Source: Psammoneis japonica
Lineage: Eukaryota
Direction of reading: 5' to 3'
Length of the DNA: 64,000 nucleotides
NCBI GenBank assembly: GCA_008632985.1
Contig: QPGO01000019.1
Span: 186,001-250,000, forward strand
A program made the translations under genes and the position numbers. This document shows positions 36,336 through 47,247 of the stretch, one piece after another. The notes below the pieces were generated by a model, which did no database searches, had not been told where the DNA came from, and worked only from the letters and a program-made list of their open reading frames with translations. Each line of letters begins with the position of its first letter. Position 1 is the first letter of the stretch.

Positions 36336-37835
36336 ATGGTCACGCAGACACGAACCGCGGCTGCTCTAGCTGCCTCTGTTGCAGCTCCCGCTGCTGCACC
36401 CGCTGCAGCTCCTACCACTGCTGCTGCTCCGGCAACAGCACCTGCTCCTGCAGCCGCTCCAGTTGCTCCTGTACCTCCCCCAGTCGTTCCTCCCGGTGTA
36501 CCTCCAGGAGGAGGTGGCGGAGGAGGTGGAGGTGGAGGTGGAGTCCCACCAGGTGGAGTCCCGCCAGGTGGACCACCATTGGCACCTGTGCCACCACTAC
36601 CGATCTTCGCGTTGACTCCAGGTCAACACCGTCCCAACATCTTCATCGACTACGGCACATCGCAAGGCCTCAAGCTTTGGAACGCCGCTACTGCACCGCT
36701 GCCGCACGAGTTCAACGGCGATTCAGAAGGTCTCAAACGGTTTTGTGAGACACTCAGTCAACGAGCTGCCGAGGCAGGATGGAAAACAGGGGCAGGAGAC
36801 ATACTTACCATTCCCGACGCGAATGGAACTCCACGAGATCTCATCTCCGAGTACGGACTACTCACTCTACAGGATGTTAGAACCCACGCGAACACCTTCG
36901 CGAATCTACCTACGCGACAAGCACAGAACAATGTGCAGATGGCCGAGGCGATCTCTCAATCCCTTACGGAGGAAGCAAGAGACAAGATATTGGCTGAGAT
37001 AGATTCCTATACGATCAATGGAAATCAAATCGGCACACTATTCTTCAAGCTACTTACGCAAAAGGCCATCGTTGACACACGCTCTACCACCAACTACTTC
37101 CGCGAGAACTTGTCAAGCCTGGATACGTACATGGCGGCTGTTAACTCGGACATCGAAGAGTTCAACAAGTACGCCAAGCTCAACGTTGACGGACTCCAAG
37201 CTAGAGGAGAGCAGTGCGACGACCTTATCATGAATCTATTCAAAGGATACGCCGCAGCTGCTGACGAAGTATTCGTCAAGTACATCATGTTACACAAGGA
37301 CAGGTACGACGATGGTGAGGAATTCACGCCGACGCAAATCATGACGTTGGCACTGAACAAATATACTAACCTCAAGCGCGAGAAGAAGTGGGGAGCACTA
37401 TCACCGGCTGAAGAGCAAATCGTCGCGCTTACAGCCAAGGTAGACTCCATCAAGGATCAGAACCTTCAGCTGTCTAAAGCTTTGAAGGCCAAGGCTGGTT
37501 CAACCAAGGAAAGAAGCACACGGTCAAGGAAGACCAAGACCACTCCACGTCAGAGACAGAAAGCGGACGAAGCCTGGAAGAAAGTCCCGCCTAAGGAGGA
37601 CGCTCCTAAGAAGACAGTGAACGGTCATCAGTACTATCACAAGCGCGTCAACAATCGCGACTATCACTGGTGCCCATATCACACTGCTTGGGTCATACAC
37701 TTACCTGATGATCCGGGCAACCAAGGCTGTAGACTCCGCAAGCAACAGTCTGCTCCATCCACAGACACGTCGGACAAGAAAGTCTCCTTCGCAAGTGCTA
37801 TCTCTACCATCCTAAATGAAGTGGATCAAGAGTGA
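36336..37835 (+). CDS. gag: Gag of the copia element
   Basis: 499-aa ORF after the LTR; Ala/Pro/Gly-rich N-terminus, basic C-terminus with YHWCPYHTAWVIH knuckle-like motif; ends in TGA in frame with pol. Confidence 0.9.
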   Translation: MVTQTRTAAALAASVAAPAAAPAAAPTTAAAPATAPAPAAAPVAPVPPPVVPPGVPPGGGGGGGGGGGGVPPGGVPPGGPPLAPVPPLPIFALTPGQHRPNIFIDYGTSQGLKLWNAATAPLPHEFNGDSEGLKRFCETLSQRAAEAGWKTGAGDILTIPDANGTPRDLISEYGLLTLQDVRTHANTFANLPTRQAQNNVQMAEAISQSLTEEARDKILAEIDSYTINGNQIGTLFFKLLTQKAIVDTRSTTNYFRENLSSLDTYMAAVNSDIEEFNKYAKLNVDGLQARGEQCDDLIMNLFKGYAAAADEVFVKYIMLHKDRYDDGEEFTPTQIMTLALNKYTNLKREKKWGALSPAEEQIVALTAKVDSIKDQNLQLSKALKAKAGSTKERSTRSRKTKTTPRQRQKADEAWKKVPPKEDAPKKTVNGHQYYHKRVNNRDYHWCPYHTAWVIHLPDDPGNQGCRLRKQQSAPSTDTSDKKVSFASAISTILNEVDQE

Positions 37836-40800
37836 CTGCTCTACAGGTTCACTCTGACACTGCTGCTGTCCTTGCAGATAGCCGTCACTGTGTCAGTGCT
37901 CCTGATAGCGGTCGCTGGCGTCATGAAATGTGCAGCACCGATCTGGATCATACTACTATTCATGATGCTATCCCTTCCTTCAGAAAAGTGTAAGCGCCTG
38001 TCACATGCCGTAATGACGCTGGGTGAGTGGGTCATCTCACATATCCTGGCTGAACTAGGCACAAGACGAGTTAAGACTTACCAGCGACGGCCAACGACGA
38101 GGTACTGCGCACGGTATCATACGTCGACGAGGCCAGGTCACCGCTCCAGAGTGGCCACCAAGAAGGCTCACTATGTCATTACGCGATACAAGACGGTTAG
38201 AGCGTACAACTCAACCACACCATACCGTCCCGAGCGAACGGAGCCCACTTACGATTCGGACTCATTCGTAATCGGTGTCGACTCGCATTCTTCCTGCACC
38301 ATGTCCAACGACGAGGCACACTTCATTGGTCCTCTTCGCAAATCCAACAAAGTGGTACTCGGTGTCAAGGGCTACTTACGTGCTAAGGGAGAAGGAACAG
38401 TGCAGTGGGCAATTGAGGACGACATGGGACGAGTGCACAGCATCAAAATTCGAGACGCGCTACTCGTACCGGACTTACCTCACTGTCTTCTCTGCCCGCA
38501 GCAATGGAGCCAACAAGCTAATGACCACACGCCAGAGCCTCACGGAACCGTATCTTGGACTAGGGACGACGGACTATTACTCATGTGGGATCAACGCAAG
38601 TATCATCGCCTGATTCCATGGTCCGCCAACTCTAACGTCGCCAAGATGCGCTCCGCACCCGGTTCCAACAAATACCGGACCTTTGCAGCCGCTGTCGAAG
38701 AACAAACCGATATCGAAACTATCGAGCACGTGGCCTATCAAGCTCACATCATACCACCAGACGACGAGAGTATTGCGAATGATGACGAGGCTGCAATTGA
38801 TACAGACGTCTTCAGAAGTCCATCCGAGACACGTCCTTCCGAGACGCAAGACGCACGCAACACTACTGATGAGGATGCTCCTGTCTTATTTGAGCAAACA
38901 GACGGAGCAAGTCGTTCAGACTCAGACGAGGAAAACCTAAGGGATTTCACGACACCGGAGGTACAGCAGGACTTACCGGAACCCATCAACATCATACCAA
39001 ATGATGACGCCCTTGCTGCCACAGATGACCAGGGTGAACTATTGCGTTGGCATTACCGCCTGGGCCACATGTCATTCAAAATGATAAAGCTATTGGCCGC
39101 CCTAGGCATTCTACCGAAACGCCTTACAAAGGTACACAACCCAAAATGTGCCGGCTGCCTATACGGTGCCATGACGAAACGACCATGGCGCTCCAAGTCC
39201 AAGCGGAACCGACGAATCCACTTGGCAACTTCGCCTGGAGAAGCCGTATCCGTCGACCAGCTCGAGAGTCCTACTCCTGGATTGATCCCACAGCTCAAAG
39301 GGAGACCTACGAAGCAAAGGTATCGAGCAGCGACAATTTTTGTTGATCATTTCAGCGGATTGGGATACATATATTTGCAGAAAGGACTTACCTCAGCCGA
39401 GACGCTCGAAGCCAAGCACGCTTTCGAGGCATTCGCACGCCGGATGCACGTCCGTATTCAACACTACCACGCCGACAATGGAAGATTTGCTGATAATGCT
39501 TTCTTACAAGACGTCAAGAAGCAACAGCAAACAATATCCTATTGTGGGGTCAACGCCCACTTCCAAAACGGCATCGCGGAGAAAAGAATAAGGGACCTCC
39601 AAGAGCAATCTCAGAAGCAACTCCTGCATGCAAAAGTGAGATGGCCAACGGCTATTGAGTTGAACTTATGGCCAAGCGCTCTCAGGAGCTCAAACGAGAT
39701 CAAGAATCACTTACCGAATCACGAGGATGGCTCTTCTCCGCTGGAACGTTTCTCGTCCGTCAAGGTCCAGCCTAATCTCAAACAACACCATACCTTCGGC
39801 TGCCCCGTCTACGCCTTGCACAACCGGTTGCAGGGAGGAGGTAGGCTGCCTAAGTGGGACCCAAGGGCAAGGTTAGGAATCAATTTGGGACCATCAACAA
39901 GACACGCAGGTTCAGTTACCTTGGTTTTGAATTTGCAGACCGGACTCGTATCGCCGCAATTTCACGTACAATTTGACGACTTCTTTGAGACTGTTCGTCC
40001 ATCTGCTGGGAATCCTCCTACATTCTCACAATGGCAAGGCATTACAGGTTTCAGACAACTCAAGACAAGGAGTACTTTCAACATCTTTGGGAAATCAAGT
40101 GACGTACCGGTTGAGGGATCAGTCCCTACCACAACGGAACCACCTGAGCCGAATTCGGATATCCCGTCTCAGCTGCTGCATCCTACTGATACGTCTACCA
40201 CTGATGACTCATTTGATAATGCCCAACCGGATGATGAAATGCTATACACGCCTCCAGATGATTCTGACGCACCATCTGAGCCACAGCGCACTATGGGTCA
40301 ACCCAGTACCAGTAGGTCCGGCCGACAACGACGCCCGACCGAAAGAATGCGCGAGAGCCAACTACCACGGGCTCAAGGCATTGTCTCCTACAATGCAGAG
40401 GCAGAGGCATATTATGATGCGATGCACGAGGATGATTACAAACTGCAGGACGACATGGACTCACCTATCTCTTTTCTGGCGAGCTCGGACCCCGACACCA
40501 TGTACTTTGATCAGGCCATGCGTGAACCTGACAGAGACGAATTTATCAAGGCCTGTGTTAAGGAAGTCAATGATCATATTGAAAGGAATCATTGGATACT
40601 CATTCCAAGAGAGGACGTACCTGACGATGTTGATGTTCTCCCTTCGGTATGGTCTATGAAGCGCAAAAGAGATATTAAGACCCAAGCCGTCTACAAATGG
40701 AAGTCCCGACTTAATGTGCACGGTGGAAAGCAAGAATATGCTGTCAACTACTTCCAGACCTACTCTGCCGTGGTCTTCTGGTTCACTATCCGGCTCCTAC

Positions 40801-42094
40801 TGATCATTGCCATTCTTAAGAAGTGGCATACACGCCAAGTCGACTTCGTTCTGGCGTATCCGCATGCCGATATCGAATATGATATGTACATGGAGTTACC
40901 TGCAGGAATTGAAACAAAATATGGCAATGGTAAGACTCATGTTCTGAAGTTGCTCAAGAACTTATATGGACAAAAGCAAGCAGGGAGAGTATGGCAAGAA
41001 CACTTACGTGATGGATTGTTAAGGATTGGTTTCGTACAATCGGCAGTTGATGAGTGCCTGTATTTTCGTGGCAATGTCATTTTCATTCATTATGTCGATG
41101 ACGGTATCTTTGCATCCCCTGACAAGTCTGCTATTGACAAGGCGATACAGGATATCAGAGATGAGAATTTTGATATTGATGATCAAGGCACTCTGGACGA
41201 CTATCTCGGTGTCAACGTCGAGACACTACCAGACGGCAGAATGAAACTTACCCAACCTCACCTTATCAATCAGATACTGGAGATGGCCAATATTCCAAAG
41301 AGACTACCAGATAAGCCTACTCCTGCTCCTTCCTCCAAGATCCTCCACAGGCATATGAGTGAGCCTGCTTTCCAAGGGAGCTTTCATTACCGATCCATCA
41401 TCGGCAAGCTCAATTTTCTGGAGAAGAGCACTCGACCGGATATCGCTTACGCGGTGCACCAAGTCGCACGCTTTTCTTCCGATCCCAAGGTTTCTCACGG
41501 TGAAGCCGTACTATGGCTCTGTAAGTACCTAAGGTCAACCAGAACTGAAGGTATTATACTACAGCCCTCAACGGACAAGTCCCTTGAAGTTCACGCCGAC
41601 GCGGACTTTGTGGGCAATTGGAATAAGCTGACTGCACCCGATGACGTCGGCACTTCCAAATCTCGAACTGGGTTTGTCATCACCTATGCAGGATGTCCGA
41701 TTGTCTGGACGTCCAAGCTACAGACTCAGATCGCGCTCAGCACTACTGAAGCTGAATTTATCGCTCTTTCGGAAAGTCTTCGAAGCGCCATCCCAATTAT
41801 GAACCTCATTAAAGAATTTATGGATCACGGTCATAATGTCCCTTCCAAGACACCAGTCGTACATTGTAAGGCTTTTGAAGACAATTCTGGAGCATTGGAG
41901 ATCGCGAGATTGCCTAGATGCGTCCTCGGACAAAACACTTCAACCTCACTCTCCACCACTTTAAAGACCATGTTCGCAAAGGTCTCATATCAATCCTACC
42001 AATTGATACGGCGGATCAGATTGCAGACATTTTCACCAAACCTCTACCACAAAATCTCTTCGTTAAACACAGGAAATCGCTCCTTAAGTGGTAA
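37836..42094 (+). CDS. pol: Pol polyprotein (protease, integrase, RT, RNase H)
   Basis: IGVDSH protease; WHYRLGH..CAGC; VSVDQL / HADNG / NGIAE; WKSRLNVHGG; LYGQKQAG; YVDD; STTEAEF; 1-nt deletion near 41916, after which the shifted frame reads MRPRTKHF...ADIFTKPL to TAA at 42092-42094. Confidence 0.95.
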
Positions 42095-42137
42095 GACGTT
42101 TTCGAGTCATCATTCCACCCGACATTGTTGAAGGGAG

Positions 42138-42484
42138 TGTGACAATATTCATATTTGTTTGTTTTTACAACAACATCGGACCTCCACGATTCAAGTCAGA
42201 GATCCAAGATTCGAACCCCGTGTGCGATGCTCAGTCTCGAATCCCGCGGAAGCCGAGTCACGAATGCGATGTTTGTTCCTAGCTTCGCGCTTGTTTAACT
42301 TCGCGTTTCCTTTAGATGGCAGCTGCATCTGCTCATAAAAACTGCTCATAATCTTTCTAACGTACTGATTATCACCTCTCAACTTTTGGTACAATAAAGT
42401 TACTGATTGATTGTTGTATCGCAATTACAGCTTTTAATCACTGAAAGTGCAGACGAATCCCAGAATTCCGGCCACTTTCCCACA
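42138..42484 (+). repeat. 3' LTR
   Basis: Copy of 35915-36261 with one difference (C at 42473 versus T at 36250). Confidence 0.97.
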
Positions 42485-44450
42485 AACAACTCAACAAAGG
42501 GCATGATTGCTGACAGGCACACTTCAGCCGCAGAGTCTCAAAAATTGGGCACGCCAGGAGCTGCCTGCTCTGCTGCATGTTGCAGACAATGTGATTTTTG
42601 CAAAGTCCAGTGATTTTGGCCAACTGAGCACTTTTGTAAAAAAGTCAAACATGGCAGCATTGCAGTGGTGGCAAGTGCTGCCAGCTCCCACTGTTCAATC
42701 TCTTGTGCCACATTGCTCTCCACCTGTTGACATGTGCTGGTCCATTTTCAAGCAATGTGCTGGCCATTGTGACATGCCCCAGCTCCAGCTGGCACCACAA
42801 CCTCTCAGACTGCTCTGCTGCCACTCAACAAAAATTTTGTTGCTGTTGAGCACAAGATTTCCACATGTCAAAATGAGCTCACTGGGGAGTGGCTGCCTGT
42901 GGCAAAGTGTCACACAACACTGGCTGCTCACAAAAGCAGTGGTTCTCGACACATCAAAGCCATTTTTGTGCACTTTTGTTTGTGCCACAGTTGCAGCCTC
43001 TTGCCCATCATGGAGCAAGGCCATGCAGTGGAAAATGCAAGAAGGGGAGCAGCCACATGCTGCCTGATGAAAAAAAAAGAAATCAGAAATGATTGTCCTC
43101 AGGTGTGCAGTGCGTGCAGCTGTCAGAGTTTGCAGGTGCTGCAAACTGACAACCATGCACTGAAGGTGCAGCACATGCAAAAAAGGGCTGCTGAGGAGCA
43201 AACAGTGGACAGGCAGTGGATTCTTGCCTGCGCACAGTCTGCTGCACAGTCTGCAAGAAAAATGAACTCCACATTCCTGAGGCTTCTTTCAGACATCATG
43301 GAATTTTCTGATGAGCTGTGCACATGTTCCCATGTGCAGATTCAAAAAGTGAGAAAACACCCCAAAAAGGTTTGTGAGAGCATGCCAAACAAATTGAGGC
43401 AGCAGCTCACTTTTTTCCGGCATGGGATTTTTGCACAAAACTTCTGGTCCTGGCGCTGAGCACATTGACAACTTCATTGTTGTTGTTTCAATTTCTGGAT
43501 CACAAAATTGCCTCTTCTTTTTCTGTTGGCAGCTTCGCTGGTTTGGCGCAGAGCCCACAAACAGAATTCTGCAAGCCCAATGGCAACCAGCATCCCACCC
43601 AGGCTTCAGCAGGCTGGACTGCATTGTGTGCACACCTCTCTGACTTGTTGTCTGGTGGCTCCTTCCTTGCATGTGCTGCAGCCAAGAGCTGCCTTTCATT
43701 CTTCACACTGTGCACCAGGATGGCCACCAGCAGCTGCACAGAGCTGCGCTGAACAAAAAAACATGCCATGGCCAACTGGCCCAACCTGGCCAACTTCACA
43801 CCATGAGCTTCTGTGTGCTCTGTGTCAACAATGTGCTGAAAAAATCTCTCAAGCACTGCACTTTTGAGCTGGTGGTGGCTTCCCATTTTTCTCTTTTCTC
43901 CTGTCCCACTCCTTTCTCTCTGTGTTGTGTGGCAGCAACAGCGTCACAGAAGCAGGGCTTCATTCTCTCTTCTGATGTTGCTTTTTGGCAAAAGGGCCAT
44001 GTGCTGATCATGTGCTGCAAGATGAGACAAACCCATGAGCAAAAGACAGAAGGCTCTGGTGATTTGCAGCGCCCGCAGCAGGAGAAACACAAACAGCAGC
44101 TCTGTTTGAGCTCACAGATCTGTGACAAATGGCAGGAAGTTTCTCTGCAGGCCACCCATTTCTGCCACTGGCATCATGCAGAATCCATGGCAACCTTGAG
44201 TTTCTGTGCTGCTTGTGCCAGCTGCAGCTGGGGCTGTTTCTTTCAAGAGGACGAGAGTTTTCTCTTGCACGTTGCTTGCTGCAAGCATTTTTTGTTGTTT
44301 GGTTTGACTGTCGTGTTTTTCACTTTTCCCTCTTACTTCTTGCCATGTCCACTGCATCGCCGCTTTTCCACTTCCTTGTGATGTCTCTTTCTCTCTCGCT
44401 GTTTTTTTGACATGTGTGTGCCATTTGTTGCCTTTTCAGATTTTACTGCA
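42485..44450. other. TpA/CpG-depleted domain interrupted by the young copia (continues at about 35740-35914)
   Basis: Almost no TA; similar composition on both sides of the TSD. Confidence 0.88.
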
Positions 44451-44595
44451 CTGTACACAGCACCTTGTGTGAAGCGGCCGTCAGCTGAACGTACATACTG
44501 TAAATACATATTATGACATATACTTTAACGGCTAACGGCTGTTCATCAATAAAAACATAAGGTACCGAGCATAGCATAGGGGTTATGATACAGTA

Positions 44596-45106
44596 CAGTC
44601 TGCTCGCTCTAACATATACTTCTTAACATATACCCTCTCTATAACATATACTAAAAATCCGGCCTGACCCCTCGGACGAAGGTCAGACTACCCTGTTAAC
44701 AGACAGACTGACAGACCGACAGACCATTTCGCGAATCCGTGATACGACTAGTTTGAGGCGATGAAACCATTAAAACTACACTTACAACAACTGTAAACAC
44801 CCTTGTTGACCATCATTTACCTCTAAGAAGTGGTCCTGGGACTAGCAGGACCAAAGAATTGATGAAGGCAGGTCATGAGTTTTTTCAAAAATTACAGTGG
44901 TGGCCGCGCGAACATGGCCCCAAAGCGTCGTGAGTCGTGAGGTCAGAAGCGCAAGATTTGAAACTACGTAAATATTGGTACTGATTCTACGTACGTGGTA
45001 AATATACCTACTTTTGTACGGGGATGGAATAACATATGATATACCCTCTCTATAACATATACTAAAATACCGCATGTACCCCCAGTATGTTAACGCGAGC
45101 AGACTG
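44596..45106. mobile_element. Tc1/mariner (pogo-like) MITE with TA target-site duplication
   Basis: TA|CAGTCTGCTCGC..TAACATA at left and TATGTTA..GCGAGCAGACTG|TA at right; internal direct repeat ATACCCTCTCTATAACATATACTAAAA near 44630 and 45041. Confidence 0.85.
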
Positions 45107-45322
45107 TACTTCTTTCTGTTTTACAACGGCCCACAATTTCAAAAAAAAAAAAAAGAGATTTGTCGTTTCGTTGCCGGTTCTACTGTTCTTCTGTTTTTCT
45201 TGTTCTTTTTTCGCTCGCTGCCACAAATTGGCACATCACGATATACCGGTGTGTGCTACCGTATAGTACGAGTGTAGCAAACAATTCTACAGTATTTGTA
45301 GCAGAAAGATTATAGTCCTCAT

Positions 45323-46621
45323 ATGATGCTGTGGATGATCAAGTTACTTCGTTTTGTTGTCCTTTGGGGGGTTGCGATGGGATGCTTGTTTCAAATTTCG
45401 ATGCTTCTTCTGCTACATTCGACGAAGGAGTCTGTTTTGAATCCTGAAGATGCGCCACCGGTTTATATGAGACCCGAGCCACATCGACGCAACATATCCA
45501 AGTCGAACGTTGTTGCGCTTGCTTCGCGACTTCATCGACGCGAAATGTTTTTTGAACATCGCAACCATAACATTTCTGCTGCTATTTGCTACAAAACACT
45601 GTTTGGTGATGTCCAACTCGATCACGTCATCAAATGGTCAGCCTATCTTCGTCTGCTAGGATTCGATCACATCTTTTTCTGGTATTTGCCCGAAATTGTC
45701 AATTATTCCTCTTTTGACCGACTGAAGGCTCTCCCCTTTGTTACAATGATACCAAACTACGATTTCACTCCAGAGTACATTGCCGAGAAAAGCGACCCAG
45801 GTTTCAAGTACTACAGCATGGCCGGACACGGCAACTTTTTTCGCAAGGGAACGCAAATGGAACTGGAATTACGGTGCCTTCAGCAGAACGCCGCCAACTA
45901 CACATACGTACTCTTCTCCGACACGGATGAGTACCTATGGTTTCGAAAACGGCAAGGAGTTAAAGATTTCATCGCAGAGCACGGATTCCTCAGCTGGATG
46001 TCCTTTGGAAAGAAGATGTACTCCCTCAAAGTAATAGCCAGTACGGATACCCACAGAGACAGTGGATTTGGTGTCGACCGCTTCGCCTTTACAGCTGGAT
46101 CGTACTGCGAGAGACCCAGCTTTTCAGTTTGGCCACGGAAGTCCTTTTGTTTCCTTGTTAGTCGCCTGGATGAACGGGGCTATTTCTCATACTTGTGGCG
46201 CAACATTCTCCGTGTCTTTGATCGCTGTCGTTTGTGCTATGACAGCAATGATTTTCGACGAGGCAATCCTATCTGTCCACATCATTGGGGGCGAAGCAAA
46301 ATCTTACTTAAGACTCAAGATTATGCCAGAACAGGAGGAGCGGAAGTTCATGGCAGATTTTACTTGCCCGAACTGACGGGGGACAAGAAGAACTTCCATA
46401 CGGACGAGGTTCATCTAAAGGAATGGCCCTGGATTTTTGCAAACAGATCTCAGATCCAGATTCGACAACATCAAGATTTTGTCGTCCGATCTAACAAAGA
46501 AGTCCATGTGCATGCAATTGAAGATGGGCATCCAATGAACCCCAATGGGACCTGGTCAATGTATTATGATAGTCAGTTGCAAGAATGGTTCGAATATGTT
46601 GCCAGTCGGGGAGAAGAGTAA
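45323..46621 (+). CDS. Type II membrane glycosyltransferase, GT92/DUF23-like
   Basis: N-terminal TM; ISAAICYK, WSAYLRLLGFDHIFFWY, YVLFSDTDEYLW (DxDE). Confidence 0.75.
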   Translation: MMLWMIKLLRFVVLWGVAMGCLFQISMLLLLHSTKESVLNPEDAPPVYMRPEPHRRNISKSNVVALASRLHRREMFFEHRNHNISAAICYKTLFGDVQLDHVIKWSAYLRLLGFDHIFFWYLPEIVNYSSFDRLKALPFVTMIPNYDFTPEYIAEKSDPGFKYYSMAGHGNFFRKGTQMELELRCLQQNAANYTYVLFSDTDEYLWFRKRQGVKDFIAEHGFLSWMSFGKKMYSLKVIASTDTHRDSGFGVDRFAFTAGSYCERPSFSVWPRKSFCFLVSRLDERGYFSYLWRNILRVFDRCRLCYDSNDFRRGNPICPHHWGRSKILLKTQDYARTGGAEVHGRFYLPELTGDKKNFHTDEVHLKEWPWIFANRSQIQIRQHQDFVVRSNKEVHVHAIEDGHPMNPNGTWSMYYDSQLQEWFEYVASRGEE

Positions 46622-46771
46622 CGTCGAGATAACACAAATATCAAGTTTCCTGACGTGCGGTTGATAACAGATCGACAAGAGAGAAGGCGGATAACGCATA
46701 GGAAAGTATTTCCTATTTCCTAGCTTTAGACGAACTCCGCCTCGTGTTAATTCCAACCCAGAGGGGGCACA

Positions 46772-47200
46772 TCAGTTCCCGCTTGGCTGTTTTGCGTTCT
46801 TAACATAAAACGTGTCAGAACTAATCCTTCCCAGTAATCTTTCAAGGGCGACCATGCTAGAAGCATCACAAATTCCACAATCTTGCATCCGATACCTTGA
46901 GAAGAACCTCTCAGAGTGTAGGCCATAGGCCAGGATCACATTTGGAATTGTCTCTTTCACATGACTTTGGAACCTGGTTGCATCCTCCTGGCGCGCCCAA
47001 ATCTCCAAGCCCTTGGACAAGGAAAAACTTGGAATGACAGCATGGCTATTGAACTTGTCCATGATCTTGTCTTTGGCTTGAACTATGTCGATCGTGGTAA
47101 TGTAGACCACATCAGAGCGCACTGCGGCTTCCCATTCGAAGAGCATGTTCTCTTTGAGGCGTGATCCACGCATAGATCCATGTCTAGTCGCTACTACCCA
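46772..47200 (-). pseudogene. Possible gene fragment, product unknown
   Basis: 150-aa ORF with protein-like RSDVVYITTIDI..AVIPSF segment but no clear start. Confidence 0.3.
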
Positions 47201-47247
47201 GTGCCGCAACAAATCGATCCCCAAAGCTCACTGTCTATCTATCTCAA

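Larger units (their letters stand above)
35915..42484 (+). mobile_element. Full-length young Ty1/copia LTR retrotransposon
   Basis: Two 347-bp TG...CA LTRs; 5-bp TSD AACAA (35910-35914 and 42485-42489); purine tract GAAGGGAG at 42130-42137; gag and pol present. Confidence 0.98.

Noticed and set aside
41905..41925. Programmed frameshift near the end of pol, and frameshifts in genes at about 7815, 8526, 48845, 51250, 55530 and 61075
   Set aside because: Single-base indels in short runs spread across unrelated genes look like long-read assembly errors; no slippery-site pattern. Needs read check.
43700..43800. Tyrosine-recombinase (DIRS/Ngaro-like) motif in GQLAMACFFVQRS
   Set aside because: Weak resemblance to FFxMRSxEY only; no other recombinase motifs recognisable.
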